This document shows, in pieces, positions 48,863-58,585 of a stretch of 64,000 nt of DNA (position 1 is its first letter; every line of letters starts with the position of its first letter). Both the position numbers and the translations under genes were made by a program. The notes under the pieces are model-generated. The model was given only the letters and a program-made list of their open reading frames with translations, was not told the DNA's origin and did not search any database. The DNA comes from an uncultured bacterium (GTDB taxonomy: Bacteria > Patescibacteriota > Saccharimonadia > UBA4664 > SCTI01). The stretch spans positions 167,943-231,942 of the forward strand of contig CAVRJJ010000005.1 in assembly GCA_963721685.1 (NCBI GenBank), written 5' to 3'.

Positions 48863-50572
48863 ATGCACCTCATCTCAAAACGTTTCCCTCTCTCTATGGC
48901 TGCCATAATGGCATTCGGCCTGATGCTCGCCCTGCTGTCAATTCAGCCGGTACGGGCGGCGGATCCGGTAAAGCTTTCACTCGGCCCTCCATCGCAAAAT
49001 GTCAGCACTGGCTCTACCTTTCAAATGGCAATCAATTTAACCACTTTCGGCCAAGCGGTTGATACGGTTTCGGCATCGTTAACCTATCCCAGTGATCGCC
49101 TTACGTGCCAAAGCGTCACCACCACCTCGGATTTTACCTTTATTCCCCAACCGGATGTATGCAGCGGAGGAACCATCCTGGTTCAAAGGGGGCGAAGCAG
49201 TAATTACACGGCAAACGGGGTAATCGCCCTTGTTACCTTCAAGGCATTAATTCCAGGTTCAGCACCTGTACACCTTAATGACTCTTCAGTAGCGCTTACT
49301 GGGGGCGAGGATGTGCCTTACACCACCGAAGACGCTAATTATTTGGTGGTAAGCGGCCCTAAAATCTACGCCTGGACCTATGCTGGCCAGACGAGCAGTA
49401 AGCCTTTGAATAACATTCTTCCCGGCCAAACGGCAACCTTCACCGTGAGCGCCCTTAACTCAGGGTTTTATACCTGGACCAATAGCGGTGCCAATCCTGT
49501 TCGGCTCGGCGCTAGCCGACCCAACGACCGTACCAGCCCGTTTGCTACCCCCTCATGGCTGAGTCCGGCCAGAGCGGCAACATTAAATGAAGCCAGTGTC
49601 GCTCCCGGCCAAACAGGAACATTTACCTTTTCCGTTCAAACCCCGTCCCAGCCGGGGAATTATAAAGAGTACTACAATCTTTTGGCCGAAGGCATCACTT
49701 GGATGAATGACCCCGGTCTTTATTTTGGCGTTACTGTTTCCCCTCCTACCTACACCTGGTCCTTGGTTGGCCAAGGCGCTTACACCGATGCCTCAAAAGC
49801 TACACCGTTAAACCTGTCCCAACTAACCCCCAACCAGACAGGTTGGCTTGAACTTAAAGTCAGAAATACCGGCAACATGACGTGGACGAACTCCGGCCCT
49901 AACCCCGTACGCATCGGGAGCTCGCGTCCGCTTGAACGGGTGAGCCGTTACGCGACCCCCGCTTGGCTAACACCAAGCCGCCCCGGCAATTTGGTAGAGG
50001 CATCAGTTGCTCCGGGAGCCGTAGGTACCTTTGAGTTCCCCATAACCGCTCCATCAACCACGGGCACTTACATTGAATACTTTACCCCCTTGGCCGAAGG
50101 CATCACTTGGATGAACGACATTGGGCTAAGCTTTTATACGGTGGTTAGCCGAACCTACACCTGGTCCTTGGTTGGCCAAGGCGCTTACACCGATGCCTCA
50201 AAAGCTACACCGTTAAACCTGTCCCAACTAACCCCCAACCAGACAGGTTGGCTTGAACTTAAAGTCAGAAATACCGGCAACATGACGTGGACGAACTCCG
50301 GCCCTAACCCCGTACGCATCGGGAGCTCGCGTCCGCTTGAACGGGTGAGCCGTTACGCGACCCCCGCTTGGCTAACACCAAGCCGCCCCGGCAATTTGGT
50401 AGAGGCATCAGTTGCTCCGGGAGCCGTAGGTACCTTTGAGTTCCCCATAACCGCTCCATCAACCACGGGCACTTACATTGAATACTTTACCCCCTTGGCC
50501 GAAGGCATCACTTGGATGAACGACATTGGGCTAAGCTTTTATACGGTGGTTAATCCCGGGGGCGGGAAGTAG
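48863..50572 (+). CDS. Secreted surface protein: cohesin-like domain plus three NBR1-Ig-like repeats
   Basis: Signal peptide; LTYPSDRL...IALVTFKA cohesin-like; repeats paralogous to 24358-26280. Confidence 0.75.
   Translation: MHLISKRFPLSMAAIMAFGLMLALLSIQPVRAADPVKLSLGPPSQNVSTGSTFQMAINLTTFGQAVDTVSASLTYPSDRLTCQSVTTTSDFTFIPQPDVCSGGTILVQRGRSSNYTANGVIALVTFKALIPGSAPVHLNDSSVALTGGEDVPYTTEDANYLVVSGPKIYAWTYAGQTSSKPLNNILPGQTATFTVSALNSGFYTWTNSGANPVRLGASRPNDRTSPFATPSWLSPARAATLNEASVAPGQTGTFTFSVQTPSQPGNYKEYYNLLAEGITWMNDPGLYFGVTVSPPTYTWSLVGQGAYTDASKATPLNLSQLTPNQTGWLELKVRNTGNMTWTNSGPNPVRIGSSRPLERVSRYATPAWLTPSRPGNLVEASVAPGAVGTFEFPITAPSTTGTYIEYFTPLAEGITWMNDIGLSFYTVVSRTYTWSLVGQGAYTDASKATPLNLSQLTPNQTGWLELKVRNTGNMTWTNSGPNPVRIGSSRPLERVSRYATPAWLTPSRPGNLVEASVAPGAVGTFEFPITAPSTTGTYIEYFTPLAEGITWMNDIGLSFYTVVNPGGGK
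49748..50552 (+). repeat. Exact tandem duplication, 400-bp copies with 405-bp period
   Basis: 49748-50147 equals 50153-50552 by eye; in frame (135 aa). Confidence 0.92.
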
Positions 50573-50578
50573 TAAACG

Positions 50579-51589
50579 TTACAACCTAAGTTGGAACTGA
50601 TTTTCCGGGTCAGCCATATATTCGTTAAGGTACGGCGAATAAGTTTCTACTTGTATTAGACGTTTGGTGGGCTGGAACGTTAAGATGCGCAAAAAGCCGT
50701 TACCGCCGTTACCCAGTTGCTGGTAATTAGCCAACATCTGATGGACAGGGTGGCCATCGATGATATCAGTGCGGCGGGCGGCTCCATGAGTGGAAGTAAT
50801 ATCGTGGCCAGATAAAAACAGAGAGAGATTGAGATGATTTTGGTCAACCACTAGTTTTTGCCAGATTTCTTCGCCGGCGTTATCTCCTCCCCCACCATAA
50901 GACCTGCAAATTGCGCTATTTGAGCGCTCACCCCGAAAATCAGTAAAAGAGTGGGTTGTAATAATCGCCCTCCGGTTAGGGTGAAGAGTAAGCGTATCGC
51001 CGACCCAATCAATAACTGGATCCGGCGGGCAAAACTCTAAGTTAAAAGCTATATATTGTGCCCCCCCGCCGTTAAACAGCTGGAAGCTGTTCTTGCTACC
51101 AGCGTGTTCGTCGTGAGGCTGGGGGTTATCATTTAAATAACTACCGCCCCAAGTTTGGGAACGCTTGAGACGTGATAGGGGAAAATATTTTTGGTATAAG
51201 GGGGCATTTCCGCCCGGGGCAATATCATGATTTCCCGGGGCTAGGCCGTAGGGGACAACCCCGTCCAGCTTTTGCATGGCCGCGTCGGCAATCTGCCATT
51301 GCGCTTCAATGTCGGGGGTTTGAACAATATCGCCTTCCTGCGAAACAAATACAATATTCCTATTCTTTTTATGCTCGGCAATCCACGCGGTTTGGGCCAT
51401 AAAGATTTCCGGAAACGACATCGAATAAAACTGGGTATCGGGCAACACAATGATCGAGAAAGCGCGCGCTGTTTCATCCCCGTCCGGCAATGGGCGGGTT
51501 AGGGGTTGATGAGGTTCCGGTAATGTTGCTACATAGGAAGCTATGATTAAGGAAACCGCTAAAACGATACGGCTAAATAGGTGATTCAT
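50579..51589 (-). CDS. Secreted calcineurin-like metallophosphoesterase
   Basis: PDTQ, GDIV, GNHD, TH, SGH. Confidence 0.85.
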   Translation of the reverse strand: MNHLFSRIVLAVSLIIASYVATLPEPHQPLTRPLPDGDETARAFSIIVLPDTQFYSMSFPEIFMAQTAWIAEHKKNRNIVFVSQEGDIVQTPDIEAQWQIADAAMQKLDGVVPYGLAPGNHDIAPGGNAPLYQKYFPLSRLKRSQTWGGSYLNDNPQPHDEHAGSKNSFQLFNGGGAQYIAFNLEFCPPDPVIDWVGDTLTLHPNRRAIITTHSFTDFRGERSNSAICRSYGGGGDNAGEEIWQKLVVDQNHLNLSLFLSGHDITSTHGAARRTDIIDGHPVHQMLANYQQLGNGGNGFLRILTFQPTKRLIQVETYSPYLNEYMADPENQFQLRL

Positions 51590-51703
51590 GGTAGTAAGGA
51601 TACCTTATGCTACTACAACAGGTCAGTCCAGCCAAGCGGTTTCTATTCGCCACCCGTGTTTATACGTTATAATCTGGCGGTTATGCATTATAATCAAGGC
51701 TAG

Positions 51704-52675
51704 ATGTTAATTCCAAAAACATTACAGCAATTCCTTTTGGAGGGGTTGAAAGACCATCCCGAACGTTTAGACCTCGTGATGGTTATGTCGAATATTGCTA
51801 CGATCGGCAAGCTGATTTCTGCCCAGACTAACCGGGTTGGACTGGCGGATATTCGCGGCTTGTCAAAGAGCGCCAACGTTCACGACGAAACCCAGGCCAA
51901 GCTGGATTTGTACGCCAATGATTTATGCAAAAGCTATCTGGAAAGTACCGGTTCATTCGCGGCGCTAGCGAGCGAAGAAGAGGAGCAGGTGGTTGATCTC
52001 AACAGCCCGGACGCCAAGTATGTGATTGCCTTTGATCCGCTTGATGGCAGCAGTAATATTGATGTGAACGTGGCGGTGGGAACTATTTTTTCAGTCCATA
52101 GCAAACGAGAAGATGTCCCGGCAGGCGACCCGCGGCAGTTTTTCCAAAAAGGCGCGGACCAAGTGCTAGCGGGGTATGTAATGTATGGATCCAGTACCGT
52201 ACTGGTGTTTAGCTGGGGCAGCGGCGTTCATGAATTTACCCTTGATGTAGACTTAGGTGAATTTTTCTTAAGCGACGAGCACATGAAGGTACCGGAAACC
52301 TGCGCCTACTATAGTGTTAATGAGTCCTATGTTCCGTATATGGCCGAGAAAGACCAGAAGTATGTCGCGGTTTTACGGGAACGCACCACTAAGCAGCGCT
52401 GGGTCGGCGCGTTTGTAGGGGATTTCCACCGCAACTTAATTAAGGGCGGCGTTTTCTTTTCCCCGCCCGTTGACACCAGCGGACAGCAACAGTTTAAGCC
52501 CAAATTACGGCTTAACTATGAGCTGAAACCGCTGGCGTTTTTAATTGAGCAGGCCGGCGGATCAGCTACTGCCGGAGGGGAGCGGATATTGGATATCATG
52601 CCAAGTGAACTCCACCAACGAGCTTCTGCCATCCTGGGAAATACAGAGATAGTTAAACTTTACGAGGAGTCCTAA
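51704..52675 (+). CDS. fbp: Fructose-1,6-bisphosphatase class I
   Basis: SEEE, FDPLDGSSNIDVN, GTIFS, KLRLNYE, ELHQR. Confidence 0.95.
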   Translation: MLIPKTLQQFLLEGLKDHPERLDLVMVMSNIATIGKLISAQTNRVGLADIRGLSKSANVHDETQAKLDLYANDLCKSYLESTGSFAALASEEEEQVVDLNSPDAKYVIAFDPLDGSSNIDVNVAVGTIFSVHSKREDVPAGDPRQFFQKGADQVLAGYVMYGSSTVLVFSWGSGVHEFTLDVDLGEFFLSDEHMKVPETCAYYSVNESYVPYMAEKDQKYVAVLRERTTKQRWVGAFVGDFHRNLIKGGVFFSPPVDTSGQQQFKPKLRLNYELKPLAFLIEQAGGSATAGGERILDIMPSELHQRASAILGNTEIVKLYEES

Positions 52676-53701
52676 ATGAACCACGCAGAACAACTTAAAA
52701 AAACCGCCCAGGCAATGATGGCTGAAGGCAAAGGGCTGCTCGCGGCCGATGAGAGTACGGCAACGATCGCGAAGCGCTTTGAAGGCGTCGGCATGGAAAA
52801 CACCGAAGACCATCGTCGCCAATACCGCCAGCTCTTGTTTGAAACACCCGGCGCAGAAGCTTTTATTAGCGGTGTCATTTTATATGACGAAACTGCCCGA
52901 GGGAACGATGATCAGGGCAAGCCCTTCGTGCAAGTTTTAAGCGAACGGGGAGTGGTACCAGGCATAAAGGTAGATATTGGGCCACGTGAGTTGGCGCTTC
53001 ACCCAGGTGAAAAAGTAACTGAAGGGCTCGACGGACTGGGCGAGCGTTTTGCCGAATATGCTGGCATGGGCATCGGGTTCGCTAAATGGCGGGCAGTAAT
53101 TATTATTGACGGCAATAGTTTGCCGACCGCGGCTTGTTTAGAGGCTAATGCCCACGCGCTAGCCCGCTACGCCGCTTTAGCCCAAGAAGCGGGAATTGTT
53201 CCTATCGTTGAACCTGAAGTGCTGATGGATGGTACTCATTCTATGGAGCGCTGCATGGAAGTAACCGCCCAGGCGCTCGATGCCTTATTTGTGCAGTTGG
53301 AGAAACAGGGTGTAATGCTTGAAGGCGTCATTTTAAAGCCAAGTATGGTAATTGGCGGAAGTGCTTCCGGTGCTGCTTCCGAACCTGAGGCGGTTGCCGA
53401 ACAGACCCTGAAATGCCTAACCGAGCATGCCCCGCATAACTTAGCTGGTGTAATGTTCCTGTCTGGGGGGCAAAGCGACGAAGACGCGACGGCTCACTTA
53501 AACGCGATGAATAAAATTGGAGGCACGCCGTGGGGGCTGTCGTTTTCCTATGGCCGTGCTTTGCAAAATCCCGTGTTAAGCCTCTGGGCTAAGGGAGAAA
53601 AAGACAAAGCCCAGGCCGCCTACCTTCATCGCGCCGAAGCCAATAGCTTAGCCGCCCGAGGCCAATGGACACACGAGTTTGAAGAAATCCGTCCCTACTA
53701 A
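52676..53701 (+). CDS. Fructose-bisphosphate aldolase class I (eukaryote-type family)
   Basis: KGLLAADES, AKWR, VPIVEPEV, LKPSM, FLSGGQS, FSYGRALQ. Confidence 0.95.
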   Translation: MNHAEQLKKTAQAMMAEGKGLLAADESTATIAKRFEGVGMENTEDHRRQYRQLLFETPGAEAFISGVILYDETARGNDDQGKPFVQVLSERGVVPGIKVDIGPRELALHPGEKVTEGLDGLGERFAEYAGMGIGFAKWRAVIIIDGNSLPTAACLEANAHALARYAALAQEAGIVPIVEPEVLMDGTHSMERCMEVTAQALDALFVQLEKQGVMLEGVILKPSMVIGGSASGAASEPEAVAEQTLKCLTEHAPHNLAGVMFLSGGQSDEDATAHLNAMNKIGGTPWGLSFSYGRALQNPVLSLWAKGEKDKAQAAYLHRAEANSLAARGQWTHEFEEIRPY

Positions 53702-54680
53702 AAATACGGGGAAACTAGGCCTGGTTGTTGGAAAATTTTACCCGCCTCATAAAGGCCATCATTTTTTAATTGAAACCGCCAAGCGCCATAGCGATGAGCT
53801 GGTGGTAATGGTAGTAGCGGGTAAAGGCCAGCAGCCGGATGGCAACACCCGCGCGGCATGGCTGAGCAAAGTACATCCCGATGTCGATATGCGTGTAATT
53901 GAAGATATCTATGATGATGACAACTCCCAGGCCTGGGCCGATTATAGCGTTAAGCTCTTGGGACGCGCGCCCGATATTGTATTTACCTCCGAATCCTATG
54001 GCGATCCCTGGGCCCAGTTGATGGGAAGTGAACATATGCTCGTTGATTTAGAGCGGCGCGTAGTTCCGGTGTCGGCTACCCGGGTACGGGCTAATCCATT
54101 GGAAGAGTGGCAGTTTTTGGATCCTCCTGCACGCGCCTACTACACCAAGCGGGTTGTGGTAGTGGGCGCCGAATCCACCGGCAAAACCACTCTGGTTGAA
54201 GCACTGGCAAGCCATTATAAAACCAGTTGGGCACCGGAATACGGGCGGATGTATACCTACGGCAAGCCCGCCTCTGGACCAGGGAGCGAATGGGATAGCG
54301 AGGAGTTCCGTTTTATTGCGGAAGAACAAAACCAGCTGGAGGATATGCTGGCAGGCTACAGTAATAAGTTATTGCTATGCGACACCGATGCCCTGGCCAC
54401 AGCACTCTGGCATGAAGTGTACCTAGGAAGCTGGTCTAAGGAAGTTGAAAAGCTATTTTTAAAGATGAGTTATGCCCTATACCTGGTAACGGATTATGAT
54501 ACCCCGCATGTCCAGGATGAGATTCGGGTAGGGGAGGGGAGCCGCGAAGCCATGCACCACCGGTTCATCCAATTACTGGAAAAGTACCAGCGTCCTTATA
54601 AAGTTATCAGCGGGTCGCCCGAAGAGCGGCTCGAGCAAGCGGTTCAAGCTTGCGATAATGTCTTAGCTAGCACCCATTAG
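53679..54680 (+). CDS. NadR-like NMN adenylyltransferase / ribosylnicotinamide kinase (no HTH)
   Basis: GKFYPPHKGH, SATRVR, GAESTGKTT, PEYGR, CDTD. Confidence 0.85.
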   Translation: MKKSVPTKNTGKLGLVVGKFYPPHKGHHFLIETAKRHSDELVVMVVAGKGQQPDGNTRAAWLSKVHPDVDMRVIEDIYDDDNSQAWADYSVKLLGRAPDIVFTSESYGDPWAQLMGSEHMLVDLERRVVPVSATRVRANPLEEWQFLDPPARAYYTKRVVVVGAESTGKTTLVEALASHYKTSWAPEYGRMYTYGKPASGPGSEWDSEEFRFIAEEQNQLEDMLAGYSNKLLLCDTDALATALWHEVYLGSWSKEVEKLFLKMSYALYLVTDYDTPHVQDEIRVGEGSREAMHHRFIQLLEKYQRPYKVISGSPEERLEQAVQACDNVLASTH

Positions 54681-55085
54681 GCCGATTATAAGTCCCATCA
54701 CCATAATGGTTACGAACTCGTTGCCGATATTAAGCAGCGTTAATTTGGCGGGCCGGCCTTCGAAGGCGTCGTGAGTGATAAAGCGGGCAGCCGTAAAGCC
54801 CAGCCATACCCAGAAGGCGGTGCTTAGAGAGTCCTGCAAAAAGCTGTGGCCAAAAAACTGATTTGAAAGAAAAGCCACATGGGCAAGCACGTAAGCTGTA
54901 ATAAGGCTGACCAGCGCGGTGATAGCAATTGGCTTAAAGACGGGGCCAGTATTTTTTGACATGTCGATTTTAGCGAGCTTAATCCAGATATTACCAAATA
55001 CGGGCCTCGCGTACCAAATGCTGCCGACTACCATTGAACTTAGCATTGCCAAAAGCACCGCCAAGTAATTAATTTGCACGTCCAT
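54663..55085 (-). CDS. DUF1761 membrane protein
   Basis: INYLAVL...GSIWY...FG..W, WLGF, FEGRP. Confidence 0.8.
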   Translation of the reverse strand: MDVQINYLAVLLAMLSSMVVGSIWYARPVFGNIWIKLAKIDMSKNTGPVFKPIAITALVSLITAYVLAHVAFLSNQFFGHSFLQDSLSTAFWVWLGFTAARFITHDAFEGRPAKLTLLNIGNEFVTIMVMGLIIGLMGAS

Positions 55086-55214
55086 CGGATTACTCCTTAT
55101 TATAAATTGGATTGTAGCAAATGCTTGGAATTTTTGCATTATATGGTTTATCAAAGACTTTTTTCAAAGCCTCTAGTGCGGGCGATAAACTATTTTGATA
55201 AACTGGAAAGCTAT

Positions 55215-55988
55215 ATGAGCGCGACGAAACCAAAACCAACCCATGCTATAGCCATCCAGGGTTTACAGAAACGCTATAAGAGCGGGGTGGAAGCGTTAAA
55301 GGGCATTGACTTAACAATTCCTGATGGCGGTTTTATTGGACTGCTTGGACCAAACGGGGCGGGGAAGTCCACGCTTATCCATTGCATTATGGGATTGGCT
55401 ATCCCTACCAGCGGCAAGGCTAGTGTGTTTGGCCACGACGTAGTGACTGACTATCAAGCAGCGCGCCGGCTATGCGGCCTGGCACCCCAGGAAATTAATA
55501 TGGACTGGTTCTTAACCGTTGAGGACACCTTGGATTTTCATGGCGGTTACTATGGGATGACAAAGGCCGAACGTAGGCCGAGGATCGATGAGCTCCTCGA
55601 AACCTTTTCTCTTACCGACAAGCGAAAAGCCAAAATGTTAGCCCTTTCCGGCGGCATGAAGCGCCGCGTAATGCTCGCCCGGGCGGTAATGCACAACCCC
55701 AAAGTCTTAATTTTAGATGAACCCACCGCTGGGGTTGATGTTGAGCTTCGGCTGGAGCTTTGGCAGTACATGAAAAAAATTAACAAGGCCGGGACTACCA
55801 TCCTATTAACTACCCATTACATTGAAGAGGCGGAAGGTTTATGCGACCAGATTGCCCTCATTAATAAAGGCGAAATTATCAAGGAAGGCACATCGGACGA
55901 GCTGAAGAAACAGTTTGGTAAGAAAACATTGGAAGATGTTTATTTAACCGTGATTGGGCGTGAAGAGCTAACCCGGATGACTAAATGA
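55215..55988 (+). CDS. ABC-2 transporter ATP-binding protein (YadG-like)
   Basis: GPNGAGKST, LSGGMKRR, LDEPTAGVD, TTHY. Confidence 0.92.
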   Translation: MSATKPKPTHAIAIQGLQKRYKSGVEALKGIDLTIPDGGFIGLLGPNGAGKSTLIHCIMGLAIPTSGKASVFGHDVVTDYQAARRLCGLAPQEINMDWFLTVEDTLDFHGGYYGMTKAERRPRIDELLETFSLTDKRKAKMLALSGGMKRRVMLARAVMHNPKVLILDEPTAGVDVELRLELWQYMKKINKAGTTILLTTHYIEEAEGLCDQIALINKGEIIKEGTSDELKKQFGKKTLEDVYLTVIGREELTRMTK

Positions 55989-56761
55989 ACAGCTATTTGC
56001 GAAGATACCTGCCGTTTGCCACGGTTTTACGGCGCGAGTGCCAACGGTTTTGGTCGATTCGCCGCCAAACCATTTTAGGGCCACTGTTGGAAACATACCT
56101 TTACATTAGTGTGTTTGGAGCCGCACTTGGCAGTCGGATTAACGAGCTCGAAGGCCATTCGTATATCGCCTTCATTATCCCTGGACTTTTGCTGATGGCG
56201 GTGGCGATTAACGCTTTTTCTAATAACTCGTCCTCACTGTTGCAACAAAAACTGCAGCGGGCGATTGACGACCAGCTGGCCTCACCGGTTTCGAACCGGG
56301 CGCTATTAAGCGCCTTTACGTTAGGCGGTTTTATCCGGGGGATACTGATCGCGACCATTACCTTTATAACAGCCTCGTTTTTGGTGGATTTGCCGGTGGC
56401 GCACCCTTTGTTGTTAATAAGTAGCTTAGTGATCTGCGGCCTTTTTTTTGCTTCACTCGGTGTGCTGGTTGGCTTGCGCGGAGAAACCTTTGATAACATC
56501 AGCTTCTATCAGACCTTTGTTTTGCAGCCGCTCATTTTCCTGGGGGGTATTTTTTACTCAGTAAAGTTACTTCCGGAGCCGTTTAAAACCCTTACCCATT
56601 TCGACCCGATGCTGTATATGATTAACACCGTGCGTTATGGCATGCTGGGTAGCGCTGATGTTAACCCTTACCTCTCCCTGCTTGTCATTTCGATTGCCAC
56701 AGCCGCCCTGATTGGCCTGAATATGCACCTGTTTAAGAAGGGTTACCGACTGCGTAGCTAA
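55985..56761 (+). CDS. ABC-2 transporter permease (YadH-like)
   Basis: FIIPGL, PLIFLGGIFY, RYG, GYRLRS. Confidence 0.9.
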   Translation: MNSYLRRYLPFATVLRRECQRFWSIRRQTILGPLLETYLYISVFGAALGSRINELEGHSYIAFIIPGLLLMAVAINAFSNNSSSLLQQKLQRAIDDQLASPVSNRALLSAFTLGGFIRGILIATITFITASFLVDLPVAHPLLLISSLVICGLFFASLGVLVGLRGETFDNISFYQTFVLQPLIFLGGIFYSVKLLPEPFKTLTHFDPMLYMINTVRYGMLGSADVNPYLSLLVISIATAALIGLNMHLFKKGYRLRS

Positions 56762-57197
56762 AAAAGCATTACCATAAACTGGTTGACAGAGTAAAGCAAT
56801 TATTTGATTATTAAGCAGCAGATGTAGGTGCCTTACTGTCTAACAAGGAGGTTTACCGCATTTGAGCTAGGTTCCCAACATAAAGGAGGTTGCACATCGC
56901 AATCTCACTCGTAGAGCGCGACGTTGATCGCGGCTACGTCCACACGTCACGCGAAGCGCTTCGCACCAACGCTGGAGTCATTGTCGGCTTCACCAGCGTT
57001 GTCGCTAAGCGCGACGATACGTGCTGCGACGTCCGCATCACCGTTCCCCGCTCTGTCGAGCGCAAGCTCGACTAAGACAACAATGGTCGAGGGCCTTAAC
57101 GGGGGTTCACCCTCAGACCATCCGCGGGTCCAGTCAAATAGAGAAATATCATGGTCCGCGAGGATCATCGGTTACTCTCTGGGTTCCATGTCTCGCT

Positions 57198-57226
57198 GAA
57201 GCGTCCCGCTTCGGCGGGGCGTTTTA
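57198..57226 (+). terminator. Intrinsic terminator hairpin
   Basis: GCGTCCCGC-TTCG-GCGGGGCGT followed by Ts. Confidence 0.75.
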
Positions 57227-57230
57227 GTAT

Positions 57231-57812
57231 CTAATTGCTGGAGGCCGAATATTCCGGCAGCGCCAGCAACTCATCGATGGTCCCAACGCTAGATAATATC
57301 TCCTTAGGCAGATAGCGCGTAGTAGGTTTGCCAAGCATATTCTTAACTTCGTCTAGAGACTTTAAATGAACGGTAATTTTTTCTCCCCCGTCAGGTTTTG
57401 GCTCGGTTTGAGAATCAAATTCATGCGCCAGAAAAAGGTAGGCCAGGTGGTCCGTCTTGCTCTGCGGCTGGATTGCCCGCAGTAAGTGCCAGTTTTTGAA
57501 AGACAAGCCGGTTTCTTCTCGCAGTTCGCGTTGGATGGCCTGGAGCTCGGTTTCTTCTTCATGGTCATGCCGCCCGCCGGGTATATCAAAAAACTTACCG
57601 TGAAAAGGCTGTTCCTCCTCTAAGATAACTATCTTATCGTCTTTTACGGCAATAACTTTCACCGTGTCAGGACGCTTAATCATCTCAAAGGTCGCGTGGG
57701 AGCCATCAAACAATTTCTGCTGCCATTGGTATACATCGTAAATCTCTCCCTTAAACACTCGTTCGGCTTGCGGGGGGAGCAGTTTTGCTTCGGGCGGAAT
57801 TACTTCGCGCAT
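57231..57812 (-). CDS. NUDIX hydrolase
   Basis: PGGR...AIQRELREETG Nudix box. Confidence 0.9.
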   Translation of the reverse strand: MREVIPPEAKLLPPQAERVFKGEIYDVYQWQQKLFDGSHATFEMIKRPDTVKVIAVKDDKIVILEEEQPFHGKFFDIPGGRHDHEEETELQAIQRELREETGLSFKNWHLLRAIQPQSKTDHLAYLFLAHEFDSQTEPKPDGGEKITVHLKSLDEVKNMLGKPTTRYLPKEILSSVGTIDELLALPEYSASSN

Positions 57813-57814
57813 TG

Positions 57815-58030
57815 CTACTGCGATCGAGCTTTCCGCACCCAAATGTAAAGGATAAGAATTGAAATTGCCAAGACCACTCCCATGCTAATAAAAATTTCTT
57901 TGGATGGAATTGGGGGCTGGGACGCGGTCGGCTTACCGGAAAGGGTACCGGTGGTTTGCTGGCCAGGGTTGGTTGCGGGGGGAATCTCTTGAGTTGTTTT
58001 GATTTCTTGGGTGTCAGTCGTGGGTGTCAT
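57815..58030 (-). CDS. Small C-terminally anchored membrane protein
   Basis: Thr/Pro-rich region, TM, basic tail; co-oriented between GNAT and NUDIX. Confidence 0.5.
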   Translation of the reverse strand: MTPTTDTQEIKTTQEIPPATNPGQQTTGTLSGKPTASQPPIPSKEIFISMGVVLAISILILYIWVRKARSQ

Positions 58031-58037
58031 TGCTTAA

Positions 58038-58580
58038 TTATACACCGTTATTCTTCACTAGACGGATCATCTGAATCGAGGGAATTCGCTTGCCGTTGGG
58101 GAGGATTGAATCCTTGTCGGGGTTGGGACCCACAATGGTAAAACCCCAGCTTTCATAAAAATGTATAGCTTTTTGGTTATAGGCAGCCACATCTAAGGTA
58201 ATATCGAGCTCACTTCCCAGCCATTCCATCGCGGTCGCCATCAACTGGGCACCCACTCCTTTTCTTTGGTAGCTAGGCAGAACATACAAAGCCCCAAGAT
58301 ATGGCAAACCGTCCTTTTTTAGTCCAACCGCCCAGCCGACAACTTTATCCCCGCCTACGGCAATCCACTCCCGCGCACTATCGGAAGCAGATTCTAACCG
58401 CGATCGTTTGCGCTGAATCCCTTCAGCACTATTGATGGGAAACTTTTCTTCTATGTCGGCCTTTGTAATGCCATATTCGGGATTAGGGTAGGTGGCCAGC
58501 CAGGTTTGACGCTGAAGGGTATAGATTCCTGGCGCATCATCTGGTGTGGCGATTGCAACACGCATGTCAGCAGCCGGCAT
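58038..58580 (-). CDS. GNAT acetyltransferase
   Basis: LYVLPSYQRKGVG, NQKAIHFYESWGF. Confidence 0.9.
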   Translation of the reverse strand: MPAADMRVAIATPDDAPGIYTLQRQTWLATYPNPEYGITKADIEEKFPINSAEGIQRKRSRLESASDSAREWIAVGGDKVVGWAVGLKKDGLPYLGALYVLPSYQRKGVGAQLMATAMEWLGSELDITLDVAAYNQKAIHFYESWGFTIVGPNPDKDSILPNGKRIPSIQMIRLVKNNGV

Positions 58581-58585
58581 GATTT

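Noticed and set aside
49748-50552. Duplicated segment as DGR template/variable repeat pair
   Set aside because: Copies are identical and in frame within one gene, and there is no RT in the window.
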